64,000 nt of DNA from contig JAENYO010000006.1 in assembly GCA_016841745.1 (NCBI GenBank), positions 53,008 through 117,007 of the forward strand, in the 5' to 3' direction. The stretch comes from Acetomicrobium hydrogeniformans (lineage in GTDB: Bacteria > Synergistota > Synergistia > Synergistales > JAFGMB01). The translations under genes and the position numbers were made by a program. Of the stretch, positions 1-11,113 are shown piece after piece (the first letter of the stretch is position 1; the number at the start of each line of letters is the position of its first letter). The notes under the pieces are model-generated. The model saw only the letters and a program-made list of their open reading frames with translations. It made no database searches and was not told where the DNA came from.

Positions 1-231
1 AAGGATGGGAATACCCATGTCAAAAAGCTTATTTGACACAGAGGGAGCCCCCTCTTCCCTGACACTCTGAGGACCTCCTGAGATCACTATACCCTTTGGT
101 TTTTTGTCTTTAATGGTTTCAATACCTACATCCCATGGCAGGATCTCACTATGAACCTTAAGTTCCCGAACTCTTCTTGCGATAAGCTGCGTATATTGAG
201 AACCGCAGTCAAGAATTAAAATATTATCCAT
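1..231 (-). CDS. guaA: GMP synthase (glutamine-hydrolysing), N-terminal amidotransferase part; the gene runs off the window edge
   Basis: Absent from the ORF track because it is truncated. My translation from the ATG at 231 reads [34 protein letters not shown]...[11 protein letters not shown], a typical GuaA N-terminus. GGAGG lies 9 nt upstream of the ATG. Confidence 0.8.
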   Translation of the reverse strand, partial: MDNILILDCGSQYTQLIARRVRELKVHSEILPWDVGIETIKDKKPKGIVISGGPQSVREEGAPSVSNKLFDMGIPIL

Positions 232-403
232 TCCGCCATTCCTCCGAACAAGATTAAGTAACATAATTCGTCAAGTATATCAGACTGGAAGTGATCAATG
301 TAATTCCATGTGCTGGTTATATAAAAAGGAGCCTTCGCCTGAATGGCGAAGGCTCCTTCCCATACTGAAAAGGATCGTTGAATCGAAAATCCCTGGTTAT
401 AAC

Positions 404-2068
<1,665 letters not shown>

Positions 2069-2097
2069 TTATACTATTCTTTCAGTTTTACGTGAAA

Positions 2098-2388
2098 TTA
2101 TTTCTCTATTATGGCAAGAACATCTCGCTCGCTGAAGATAACGAGTTCCTCACCATCGATCTTTACCTCTGTCCCAGCGTATTTACTGAATATTATCCTG
2201 TCTCCGATCTTTACTTCCAGTGGCAGTTTCTGACCATTCTCAAGCACCTTGCCACTACCTACCGCAAGGACTTCTCCCTCTTGAGGCTTTTCTTTTGCAG
2301 TGTCCGGGAGAACAATACCGCCCTTGGTCTTTCCCTCCTGGCTTACAACTTTAACTACTATACGATCACCTAGAGGTTTCAAATTCAT
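2098..2388 (-). CDS. groES: Co-chaperonin GroES (10 kDa)
   Basis: 96 aa, [14 protein letters not shown]...GEVLAVGSG...[24 protein letters not shown]. Canonical GroES, located upstream of groEL. Confidence 0.97.
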   Translation of the reverse strand: MNLKPLGDRIVVKVVSQEGKTKGGIVLPDTAKEKPQEGEVLAVGSGKVLENGQKLPLEVKIGDRIIFSKYAGTEVKIDGEELVIFSERDVLAIIEK

Positions 2389-2432
2389 CTAAACATCCCT
2401 CCTGTTAAATATATAAACACCTGGTTTATTTG

Positions 2433-2459
2433 TTAGCACTCCTCGAGGACGAGTGCTAA
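2433..2459 (-). promoter_or_regulatory. CIRCE operator (HrcA binding site) in the groESL leader
   Basis: TTAGCACTC-ctcgaggac-GAGTGCTAA is a perfect match to the CIRCE consensus TTAGCACTC-N9-GAGTGCTAA. It sits 45-71 nt upstream of the groES ATG. Confidence 0.92.
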
Positions 2460-2471
2460 CGACCGCAATTG

Positions 2472-2500
2472 ATATTAATTCCATCCAGTCCATATCTCAA
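2472..2500 (-). promoter_or_regulatory. Sigma-A type promoter of groESL
   Basis: The minus strand reads TTGAGA, a 17-nt spacer, then TAATAT, immediately upstream of CIRCE. Confidence 0.6.
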
Positions 2501-2580
2501 GGCCGACTAGAACCAACCAGGCCCTATTATCTTTTATTTTTCCTCATTAACTCTGTTTTACCCTTATAATGACACGTATA

Positions 2581-3600
2581 TCATCTTGATGTAAGTCGCC
2601 AGGAAGGATCAGGAGATAGGTACAGGTCGGATACAACTCCTCTTTGAAAACCGCTATAACCGGCAGCTGCTATCATAACTCCATTATCAGTGCAGTATGA
2701 TAGGGGCGGTATGAAAACATCCCATCCTTTTTTGTTCCTAAGGTTCTGCCTCAACGCGCTGTTTGCTGCTACCCCTCCAGAGAGGGCAACCTTGGTTATT
2801 CCTGTTAGATCTACTGCAATTTCAAGTTTAGATATAAGTGCATCGACAGCAGCTTTCTGGAAAGAAGCGCAAATATCATTTAAGGGTACTTCTATTCCTC
2901 TTTCAACCATATCTTTTACCTGCCAGATAACAGCAGTTTTCAATCCACTATAGCTGAAGACTATTTCCTTATGATTCTTCATCGGTACGGGAAAAGAAAA
3001 TGAATCAGGATCTCCATCCTTAGCCCTTCTGTCTATAACAGGCCCTCCAGGATATCCGAGGCCAAGAAGCTTGGCTACCTTGTCATATGCTTCACCGGCA
3101 GCGTCGTCACGGGTTTCTCCAAGAAGGATGTAGTCACCGTATGAACGTACCATAGTGATCTCTGTATGTCCTCCGGAAACGATAAGACAAAGAAAGGGTG
3201 GTTCAAGCTGGGGTGATCTTATCAGGTTGGCAAAAATATGGCCCTCTAGATGGTTGACACCAATGATAGGTAATTCCCAGGCCTGGGCAAGTGCTTTTGC
3301 TGCCATAACTCCGATAAGAAGAGAGCCCATAAGTCCTGGACCAGCAGTCACCGCAATAAGATCAAGTTCTTTTGCCGGGTTATTTATACCGGCTTGTTTC
3401 AGAGCAGCTTTAACAAGAGGAAGTATTGCCTCAAGATGCTTTCTTGAGGCAAACTCAGGAACCACTCCACCAAAGGGTGCATGGTCCTTGATCTGGCTTG
3501 AAAGGAGATCAGCAAGAACTTCTCTTTGTCCCTGCAGAACAGCAACACCTGTGTCATCGCAACTTGTTTCTATTCCAAGTGTTATAAATTTGTTATTCAT
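2581..3600 (-). CDS. tsaD: tRNA N6-adenosine threonylcarbamoyltransferase TsaD
   Basis: 339 aa. ILGIETSCDDTGVAV..., GVNHLEGHI, and PPLSYCTDNGVMIA at the C-terminus. Canonical Kae1/TsaD family. Confidence 0.93.
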   Translation of the reverse strand: MNNKFITLGIETSCDDTGVAVLQGQREVLADLLSSQIKDHAPFGGVVPEFASRKHLEAILPLVKAALKQAGINNPAKELDLIAVTAGPGLMGSLLIGVMAAKALAQAWELPIIGVNHLEGHIFANLIRSPQLEPPFLCLIVSGGHTEITMVRSYGDYILLGETRDDAAGEAYDKVAKLLGLGYPGGPVIDRRAKDGDPDSFSFPVPMKNHKEIVFSYSGLKTAVIWQVKDMVERGIEVPLNDICASFQKAAVDALISKLEIAVDLTGITKVALSGGVAANSALRQNLRNKKGWDVFIPPLSYCTDNGVMIAAAGYSGFQRGVVSDLYLSPDPSWRLTSR

Positions 3601-3619
3601 TCAAGATATACCTGCCTCT

Positions 3620-4234
3620 TTACCTTGGGACTTTCCAGGTCCGGGAAAATTCACCGCAGGAGAGGAGCAGTTCATGGCCTTTTTTAAGGGTATCAAGAGG
3701 CACCATGATTGCAAAAGAACCAATTGCGTCAGAGGGTAGTTCTCCTTCCAGGCGAAAGGCTTTTCTTGTAATAACATCCTCTTGCTGAAGTGTATAGTCT
3801 TCAACAGAAAGCATTTCAGGGTTGAAACTCCATGACCTGAAGGTCTTGAAACGGACTATAAAGATTCCCTTCTTCTTTTTTAACGCTTTATCATAATACT
3901 GGGAGTTCCAGGAAAACCATTGGGGGACATCAGGATTTTCTCTCCCTTTATCGAGTATTTTTCTATCAACATAAACAAAGACCAATTGGGCTCGAGCACC
4001 TATCATCATATCTCCAAGGGGCTGTCCTTCTATCCATATACTGACAGATCTTTCATCAAGGAGCTCCTGAAAAGATGACGCTTCAACCTGAGACAAGAGG
4101 GGAGAAAAGAATAACATCCCCAATAAGATCAACAGCAGTAGAAATATATATTTATCCTTTTCTCGAAAAACCCCAGGTTTCCGTTTTCTGCCGATATATT
4201 CAGTATCATGCCTTCTATTCTGATTTTTCATCAT
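3620..4234 (-). CDS. Hypothetical membrane-anchored protein
   Basis: 204 aa with a basic N-terminus, one hydrophobic helix (IFLLLLILLGMLFF) and a soluble domain with no motif I recognise. Overlaps the murJ stop by 20 nt, so it is probably co-transcribed. Confidence 0.5.
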   Translation of the reverse strand: MMKNQNRRHDTEYIGRKRKPGVFREKDKYIFLLLLILLGMLFFSPLLSQVEASSFQELLDERSVSIWIEGQPLGDMMIGARAQLVFVYVDRKILDKGRENPDVPQWFSWNSQYYDKALKKKKGIFIVRFKTFRSWSFNPEMLSVEDYTLQQEDVITRKAFRLEGELPSDAIGSFAIMVPLDTLKKGHELLLSCGEFSRTWKVPR

Positions 4235-5795
4235 TATCTGTTCTATCCTCTCTGTGCTTTATAGCACCATATATCCATTTCCATTCATCAAAACCCAATC
4301 TGTAACTTGTAAGCCCAAAGGATAGCATACCTGTCAGGATGTTCAATAAAAGCCATAGACATCTGATAAGAAGCCCTGATCCTGAGGGATATATCCAAAG
4401 ATAATTGCTTAATACCAGAGAAAGTACCATAATCCCCAGGGAACAGAAAAGTTTCACAACCCATGATAGAGATAATATACCAACCGGACATCCCAGGACT
4501 TTAGACATACGGTGATTTCCTACAAAAGATGAAAAAACAAAAGCCAGAGAGGTTGCAAGGGCAAGACCAGAAAAAGATAGTATGGGCATAAGCATAAAAC
4601 TTAGTATAATATTTGATAAGACACTGGAAAGGGTTACCAGCATGGCATCCCTGGGCATGCTTCTGGCATAAAGTCCTCTCATGATAACAGTTGTACAGGC
4701 CATTCCTGGCAGACCCAGAGTATACATGGCCAGGGCACTTGCAGTGGCATGCCATGCCCAGTCATTAAAAGCTCCCCTATGGAAAAGAATATGGACAATC
4801 TGCTCCGAAAGAAAGATTAAGCCTACTGTCGCAGGGAGCACAATAAAAAGAGTAAACCTTAGCGAATCGCGCATCATGATCCTGAAGTTATCCCCGGCAT
4901 TCATGGAACATCTGGAAAGCTCCGGGAGAACAGCCTGAGAGATCGCAATAACAAAAAGACCCAGAGGCAGCTGTATGATACGATTGGCATAATTAAGTAC
5001 AGAAATAGCACCATCCTCAAGAAAAGACGCAAGCATCCTGCTGATAACAGGGTTGACCTGGTTAAGAGAAAGACCGGCAGCATAGGGGAGAAAGAGACTA
5101 AACATCCTTTTTAACTCTTTGTCTTTCATGTCGGGTCTGGAAGGTATAAGGAGTACTCCCGAACCGGCACTCCAGAACCACTGGAGGCCAAACTGGAATA
5201 ATCCGCCAACAAGAACTGCTATGGCAAGACTCCAGACTCCCAATCCAGTACCAGTAATTGCTACAATAGCAATAAATATGATATTGCTCAGGGCTGGAGC
5301 TATGGCAGGAACAAAATAGCTGTCAAGGCTATTAAGAACACCCATGACAAGGGCCGCAAGAGACATAAATAATAGAAAAGGGAACATTGCTCTTGTAAGG
5401 GTTGTAGCCAAAGCAAGTTTCGCCCCGGAGAAACCCGGTGCCATTATTTTGACCAGGAATGGGGAAAAGAACATGCCAGAAAGGACTGTTACCGATCCTG
5501 CCAGCAGAAGGACTGTCATTGCCTGTCTGGCAAGGCTTGCAGCCTGTTCTTTTCCATCTTTGATAAGTGTCTGAGAAAAAACGGGGACAAAAGCTGCGGA
5601 AAGTGCTCCTTCAGCCAGAAGTTGCCTTGTCAGATTCGCAAGTGTATAGGCAACATAAAAAGCATCCAGTTGACCGGATGCTCCGAAGAGGGCCGCTGTG
5701 AGAATCTCCCTGGCCAGGCCTAATATCCTGCTTGCAAAAGTACCAACCATCATTATCATGGCGTGACGAACCATCTTTGAAAGCCTTGAGGTCAT
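4215..5795 (-). CDS. murJ: Lipid II flippase MurJ/MviN
   Basis: 526 aa polytopic membrane protein. The N-terminus TFASRILGLAREILTAALFGASGQLDAFYVAYTLANLTRQLLAEGALSAAFVP is typical MurJ. Confidence 0.9.
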   Translation of the reverse strand: MTSRLSKMVRHAMIMMVGTFASRILGLAREILTAALFGASGQLDAFYVAYTLANLTRQLLAEGALSAAFVPVFSQTLIKDGKEQAASLARQAMTVLLLAGSVTVLSGMFFSPFLVKIMAPGFSGAKLALATTLTRAMFPFLLFMSLAALVMGVLNSLDSYFVPAIAPALSNIIFIAIVAITGTGLGVWSLAIAVLVGGLFQFGLQWFWSAGSGVLLIPSRPDMKDKELKRMFSLFLPYAAGLSLNQVNPVISRMLASFLEDGAISVLNYANRIIQLPLGLFVIAISQAVLPELSRCSMNAGDNFRIMMRDSLRFTLFIVLPATVGLIFLSEQIVHILFHRGAFNDWAWHATASALAMYTLGLPGMACTTVIMRGLYARSMPRDAMLVTLSSVLSNIILSFMLMPILSFSGLALATSLAFVFSSFVGNHRMSKVLGCPVGILSLSWVVKLFCSLGIMVLSLVLSNYLWIYPSGSGLLIRCLWLLLNILTGMLSFGLTSYRLGFDEWKWIYGAIKHREDRTDNDEKSE

Positions 5796-5841
5796 ACAGG
5801 AAACCTCCAGAATTAATTCAGACTAAAAGGAGTGACTTAAG

Positions 5842-6318
5842 TTGAGTAAACCATCTGTTGTCTTATGGGGAATTGGCAATCCCCTCTATGGCGATGATGC
5901 CGCAGGTACAGTTTTTGCCGATATGCTGAAAAACAAAGAACCGGAATGGTTAAAGGTCTTTAAATGTGAAACGGTTCCGGAGAATTATGTAGCACCTTTA
6001 CGAATGTTATCTCCGGAAGTTCTGCTGATAGTAGATGCTGCTGACCTTGGTAAAAGACCCGGAGTGATGAAAAGAATGACCCTTAAGGACTTTTCAAATA
6101 TATCTTTCAGTACCCATGGAATTTCTCTCGACCTCCTGCTTGAAGGTATCGACTCCCGGGTAATTATAATAGGTATCCAGCCATTAACAAGGGACCTGGC
6201 TCTCGAAGAAATCAGTGAACCAGTTCGTTCCGCCCTTGAAGAGCTGGAAGATATAATCATCTCCAGAAGCTGGGACAGGATAGAAGACCTTCACCATGAA
6301 AAACGTTCTCCCAGGTAA
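5842..6318 (+). CDS. Hydrogenase maturation endopeptidase (HyaD/HycI family)
   Basis: 158 aa with a TTG start. Contains GIGNPLYGDDAAG, LLIVDAADLG and STHGISL, the Asp/Asp/His metal-ligand pattern of this family. No hydrogenase genes lie in the window. Confidence 0.75.
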   Translation: MSKPSVVLWGIGNPLYGDDAAGTVFADMLKNKEPEWLKVFKCETVPENYVAPLRMLSPEVLLIVDAADLGKRPGVMKRMTLKDFSNISFSTHGISLDLLLEGIDSRVIIIGIQPLTRDLALEEISEPVRSALEELEDIIISRSWDRIEDLHHEKRSPR

Positions 6319-7016
6319 AACTTTCTAGCCACATCACTTTCTGCAACATATTCAGGTGAACCTTCTATGACTATCTCACCTCGATGTATGAGATATGTCC
6401 TATCTGTTATGGCGAGGGTATCCCTGACATTGTGGTCGGTCAGAAGTATTCCATAACCCTTTGCCCTCAGACTAAGAATGATCTGCTGAATATCATAGAC
6501 AGCGATTGGATCTATGCCGCTGAATGGTTCATCCAGTAGAAGAAAATTGGGCATTATGGCAAGACATCGGGCAATCTCTATTCTTCTTCTTTCTCCGCCG
6601 CTCAACGCATAACCCGGAATATCACAAAGGGCATCAAGACCGAAATCAAGGAGGATCTTTTCTACCGCACTTTCCTGCTCATTTCGTGAATACCCGAGTT
6701 CCTGCAAAACCAATTCTACATTCTGCCTGACCGTAAGATTTCTGAATACAGATGTTTCCTGAGGAAGATATCCTACTCCGAAACGGGCCCTGCGATACAT
6801 AGGCATTGTTGTTATGTCCTTCTTATCAATAAGAACCTGACCGGAGTCAGGTTTAATAAGACCCACAATCATATAAAACGTTGTAGTTTTGCCAGCACCA
6901 TTAGGTCCGAGAAGCCCTACTATCTCACCCATCCTGACATTAAGGTCAACTTTGGAAACGACAGTTCGCCCCTTATAGCTTTTCTGAAGTCCAACTGCCT
7001 GAAGAACATGTTCCAT
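6291..7016 (-). CDS. lptB: LPS export ABC transporter ATP-binding protein LptB
   Basis: Walker A GPNGAGKTT, signature LSGGERRR, Walker B LLLDEP. Follows an OstA/LptA-like gene. I prefer the ATG at 7016; the track start at 7025 is a TTG. Confidence 0.88.
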   Translation of the reverse strand: MEHVLQAVGLQKSYKGRTVVSKVDLNVRMGEIVGLLGPNGAGKTTTFYMIVGLIKPDSGQVLIDKKDITTMPMYRRARFGVGYLPQETSVFRNLTVRQNVELVLQELGYSRNEQESAVEKILLDFGLDALCDIPGYALSGGERRRIEIARCLAIMPNFLLLDEPFSGIDPIAVYDIQQIILSLRAKGYGILLTDHNVRDTLAITDRTYLIHRGEIVIEGSPEYVAESDVARKFYLGERFSW

Positions 7017-7021
7017 AAGGA

Positions 7022-7771
7022 TCAATTGCCCTTTCCCTTTTCAGGGGTAACAACAAGGGTAGATTTACCAATAGCTTCGATCCTATTTGTTTCCGGGAAC
7101 AACACAAGACTGTCGGCCCTTATTTTTCTGTCATCCTGTAATGCCCTGGCATTACCTGTAACAACGATGGAACCTCTTTCTCTTGAATAAACGGCCTTGT
7201 CCCCATAGATAAATGTTTTCTTACCCTTATCATCTTCAAGAATTATCCTTATGTTGCCTTCGGAAATGTTTTCTGTGATCTCTTTATTCTCAATGATCCC
7301 GCTGATCCTGTTCCCGGAAATTTCGACACCCCTGGAAAGATCAAGAAATTTATCAACGCTGATAGCAATAAAGGTTTCAGCAGTTAATTCTACAGTTTCA
7401 GCAATTATTTCTCTTTGACCAAAGCGTCCTTCGACCTTACCCTTGAGGGCATAAAAAGTTTCCGGAGAAAAGGTGGCCTCGGCCATATCACAGGAAAAAT
7501 GCACTTCTTCCCCCGTCCATATTCCTTCACCTCTCACATTATTCCAGAAAAGTGCAGTTGTACCGTCAACAGAACCTTCGCCCCTATCTGAACTTATTTT
7601 CATACCATCTCGTGTAAGCATAACATTTCCTTCTGCATATATTACTCCTTGATCAGGATCATATCGCATTATGTCAGAAGTAAGCTGCATTTCTCCAGTC
7701 AATCCTGCTGTCTGGCAGAAAAGAATAACAAGGAGTATTACAGTTCCTGCAAGCTGGGGCTTTCTACACAC
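7022..7771 (-). CDS. LptA/OstA-like periplasmic LPS-transport protein
   Basis: 249 aa with a GTG start and a signal-like N-terminus. Shows repeated OstA-type strands (GVIYAEGNVMLTRDGMKISSDRG..., KAVYSRERGSIVVTGNARALQDDRKIRADSLV). Immediately upstream of lptB. Confidence 0.62.
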   Translation of the reverse strand: MCRKPQLAGTVILLVILFCQTAGLTGEMQLTSDIMRYDPDQGVIYAEGNVMLTRDGMKISSDRGEGSVDGTTALFWNNVRGEGIWTGEEVHFSCDMAEATFSPETFYALKGKVEGRFGQREIIAETVELTAETFIAISVDKFLDLSRGVEISGNRISGIIENKEITENISEGNIRIILEDDKGKKTFIYGDKAVYSRERGSIVVTGNARALQDDRKIRADSLVLFPETNRIEAIGKSTLVVTPEKGKGN

Positions 7772-7897
7772 AAAGCAACACCTGCCCTTTCATTTTTCCC
7801 TGGTAACAGAGATATTCTAGCACAGGCAGCCACCAGGTCTGATGATAACCTCTCCATAATCCATTTTCTCCGGTGTCTGATATTTCGCTGGACTGAA

Positions 7898-9103
7898 CTA
7901 CAGATTATTTTCATATATAAAATATTTCTTGAGTGAATCAACTGCATCTCTTTCACTGGATGAACCCACCACACATGTTATAGAAATGGAAGAAGCAACT
8001 ATCATTTCCAGATTTACTCCCCTGTCTGCAAGTATGGAAAACATTCTTGAAGGAACTTCAGGATGATTAGCGATTCCCGCACCTATCATGGTAACCCTGG
8101 CTATTTCAGTATCAAAGGTTACACCCTGGGCTCCAATTTCCCTTGAAATGATACGACACTTTTCTATCGCAGTTTCCATATCCTCCTTGCGAACGAGGAA
8201 GGCTATGTCATTGATCTGCCCGCGCATAACGCTTTGAATTATCATTTCAGCCGTTATTTCTGCTTCCGCAAGTCCCGTAAAGATCTTTGCTGCAATACCT
8301 GGGACATCAGGTACACCCAGTATGGCTATCTTTGCTGTTTTAGTGTCGGAGACAACTGCTGAAATAGTAAAACTTTCATCAACTTGCTTTTTCATAATAC
8401 ATAAGCCCTCCTGATCTGAAAAAAATGGAGTAAGCCAGACGGTGATTTCATGTTTTTCCGCCAGTTCAATCACCCTGGGGGGAAGGATCTGGCCTCCTGC
8501 AACCTCGATCTCCATACACTCCTGGTAGGAAATTACACTTCCATCTCTGATGCAGGAATAGAACTGGTTATCGTGTAATTTTCCGGTAAGCCTGGTATCC
8601 TGGAAGAAAGAACAGACTGAGTCACCAAGTGATGCTGCAAGTCCAACTGAAAAGGCCTCTGCTCCTCCAAAACCAAGGGATATGATTTTCCCCTCAGGAC
8701 CGAGACCGAATGAACCTGATATAACGGGGATAACTCCTTCGCCAAGAAGGGTTGCCACATTCTGTGGATCCAATTTCATTATCCGGCTTTCAAGGATATC
8801 TCCTGTAGGAACAAGGCCAGTCGCATCGTCTTCTATTGTTATAGAATTGAGGCCTCTGCTTTTCAGAACTTCTACAAGCAGATAAACAGAGGTTTTTGTA
8901 AAAGCAGCCTGATTGGCAACAACTGAGTAAAGTTCTTCGGACTTGCCTGACTTAAGGTTTCCATATTTCAGTGCAGGAGCTCCTAGAATTATAATAATCC
9001 CGGATCCCATTGACCTGAAATCTTTAATTCTTTCAATGATCCAATTGATCTTCTGTGGAGAATCAAGAAGATCGGAATTAAGTTTGAGTATCTGGGTCGT
9101 CAT
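7898..9103 (-). CDS. Aspartokinase-like protein with two C-terminal ACT domains and degenerate kinase motifs
   Basis: Colinear with monofunctional aspartokinases, and the ACT repeats are clear (AKIAILGVPDVPGIAAKIF..., ARVTMIGAGIANHPEVPSRMFSILA...). The KFGGTS loop reads KLNSDL and GRGGSD reads GFGGAE. I prefer the ATG at 9103 (GGAGGG RBS) over the track start at 9133. Confidence 0.7.
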   Translation of the reverse strand: MTTQILKLNSDLLDSPQKINWIIERIKDFRSMGSGIIIILGAPALKYGNLKSGKSEELYSVVANQAAFTKTSVYLLVEVLKSRGLNSITIEDDATGLVPTGDILESRIMKLDPQNVATLLGEGVIPVISGSFGLGPEGKIISLGFGGAEAFSVGLAASLGDSVCSFFQDTRLTGKLHDNQFYSCIRDGSVISYQECMEIEVAGGQILPPRVIELAEKHEITVWLTPFFSDQEGLCIMKKQVDESFTISAVVSDTKTAKIAILGVPDVPGIAAKIFTGLAEAEITAEMIIQSVMRGQINDIAFLVRKEDMETAIEKCRIISREIGAQGVTFDTEIARVTMIGAGIANHPEVPSRMFSILADRGVNLEMIVASSISITCVVGSSSERDAVDSLKKYFIYENNL

Positions 9104-9122
9104 ATTTATCCCTCCAGAAAGG

Positions 9123-10049
9123 TCATGACTCAATATTTATAGTAATAGCTCCATAGTGATCTTCGTTAAGGACAAAGAAGCGTGACCTTACACCATGGTT
9201 CGAAAATATGGAACACATTACCTGGGCTATATCTCCTACTTCAGAATTTGAAAAAGCAATGACACTTGGACCTGAACCGCTGATGGCAACTCCTGAACAT
9301 TCCGGAATTTTTCTCAATTGACTAAGAATATCTTCTCCTCCCGGGAAGAGTTTTGCTCGAAAAGGCTGATGAATTTTATCACCCATGGCCCAGGGTAAGT
9401 TTTCCCATCTTCCTGTGGCCCAGGAAGCTGCAAGTAGCGCTGCCCTGGAAAGGTTAAATACGGCATCCTTCAGAGGAACTACTTCTGGAAGCGCTTCCCG
9501 TGCAAGACGGGTACTGACTTTAAAATCAGGAACAGCGACAATGGCGGCCATGGTTTTGGGAAGCCTGGGAAGCCTGACGAACCTGAGCTCCTGACCATTC
9601 CAGCAACTAACCACCATCCCGCCAAGGCAACAGGGAACAACATTATCCGGATGCCCTTCTATTTCAACCATAAGAGGCAGAAGATCCTTTTTTCTAAAAG
9701 GAACATCTCTCAACTGGTTGGCAAGCATTACTCCACCGACAATTGCGGTGGAAGAACTGCCAAGGCCTCTGGATAAGGGAATCGCATTGATGCTTCTCAA
9801 CCTGAACCCTTGAGGCCTGATACTCCACTCGTTACATGCTTTTTCATAACTTTGAACTATTTCATTCTCGATATCGTTTTTAAGTTCAGAACTGCCCTCT
9901 CCTATTATTTCTATTTCATATTTCTTTTCGGAATAGATCTCAAGTACATCAAAAAAGTTGTACAGGGAAAGGGCCAACCCCACAGTATCAAAACCTGAGC
10001 CGAGGTTGGCGCTTGAAGCTGGAACACGTATCCTGAATGGAACCTTCAT
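9123..10049 (-). CDS. thrB: Homoserine kinase
   Basis: GHMP-kinase motifs: VPASSANLGSGFD and PLSRGLGSSSTAIVGG. I place the start at MKVPFRI (10049), which forms an ATGA overlap with the thrC stop. Confidence 0.9.
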   Translation of the reverse strand: MKVPFRIRVPASSANLGSGFDTVGLALSLYNFFDVLEIYSEKKYEIEIIGEGSSELKNDIENEIVQSYEKACNEWSIRPQGFRLRSINAIPLSRGLGSSSTAIVGGVMLANQLRDVPFRKKDLLPLMVEIEGHPDNVVPCCLGGMVVSCWNGQELRFVRLPRLPKTMAAIVAVPDFKVSTRLAREALPEVVPLKDAVFNLSRAALLAASWATGRWENLPWAMGDKIHQPFRAKLFPGGEDILSQLRKIPECSGVAISGSGPSVIAFSNSEVGDIAQVMCSIFSNHGVRSRFFVLNEDHYGAITINIES

Positions 10050-11092
10050 TGTTGCAAAACCTCCCTTAGTGACTCCCATTCAGCATTTATCTCTATCGGA
10101 GAGGGAGCCTTCAGAAGAGCAGTATCCGGATCCTTAAGCCCATTCCCGGTCAGGACACAAACGACCTTAATTCCTACAGGCAAGGAATGTAGTTTCTTCA
10201 ATTTAACAAGTGATGCAATGGTTGTACATGAGGCTGGCTCTGCGAATATCCCATCTCTTCCTGCCAGGTAGATCTGGGCCTGAAGGATCTCTTCATCGGA
10301 GACAGAAAGGAATCTTCCTTCAGTCTGTTTAACAGCATTGGATGCCTTCAGATGACTTACGGGACATCCTATTCTTATGGCTGTTGCCACAGTTTCAGGA
10401 TCAGATATCATGCAACCCTTAACCATGGGAGCTGCCCCTTCTGCCTGAACACCGATAAGCCTGGGAATAGAAGAACATTTTCCCATCCCGAGATACTGAT
10501 CAAACCCATCATAATATGCACTGATATTACCTGCATTACCCACAGGAATGACCAACCAGTCAGGAGAATCTCCAAGTTCATCACATATTTCCCAGGAAGC
10601 GCTTCTCTGCCCCCATAATCTATAGGGATTAACTGAGTTGACTATGGCAATTCCCATATCACCGCTAGCCTGCCTGGCCAATTCCAGGACCCTGTCAAAG
10701 TTTCCCTTTATGGCGATTACCCTGGCACCATATATCAAAGCCTGGGCAAGTTTTCCAAGGGCTACATTTCCAGCTGGAAGAAGCACAAAACAGGGTATTC
10801 CAGCATGGGCAGAATAGGCGGCTGCGGAAGCAGAAGTATTCCCTGTGGATGCACATATCACGGCCTTTGCTCCTTCTTCAAGAGCCTTGGAAACGGCCAT
10901 TACCATACCCCTGTCCTTAAATGATCCTGTCGGATTCAAACCATCAAATTTGGCATAAGCTTTGATTTCCAGATCATTTGAAATATTTTTCAGGGGTATA
11001 AGAGGTGTATCCCCTTCGCAAAGGGACAATCTTGGGGTTTTCTCAGTTAGTGGCAGCAGAGAACCGTATTTGTTCAGGATCCCGTTACTCAT
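10046..11092 (-). CDS. thrC: Threonine synthase
   Basis: PLP-lysine motif NPTGSFKDRG plus STGNTSASAAAY. The true start is MSNGILNKY at 11092 (AAGGAGG RBS). The track ORF's upstream extension runs into the T-box leader. Confidence 0.93.
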   Translation of the reverse strand: MSNGILNKYGSLLPLTEKTPRLSLCEGDTPLIPLKNISNDLEIKAYAKFDGLNPTGSFKDRGMVMAVSKALEEGAKAVICASTGNTSASAAAYSAHAGIPCFVLLPAGNVALGKLAQALIYGARVIAIKGNFDRVLELARQASGDMGIAIVNSVNPYRLWGQRSASWEICDELGDSPDWLVIPVGNAGNISAYYDGFDQYLGMGKCSSIPRLIGVQAEGAAPMVKGCMISDPETVATAIRIGCPVSHLKASNAVKQTEGRFLSVSDEEILQAQIYLAGRDGIFAEPASCTTIASLVKLKKLHSLPVGIKVVCVLTGNGLKDPDTALLKAPSPIEINAEWESLREVLQQ

Positions 11093-11113
11093 AGGCCATT
11101 CCTCCTTAAAAAT

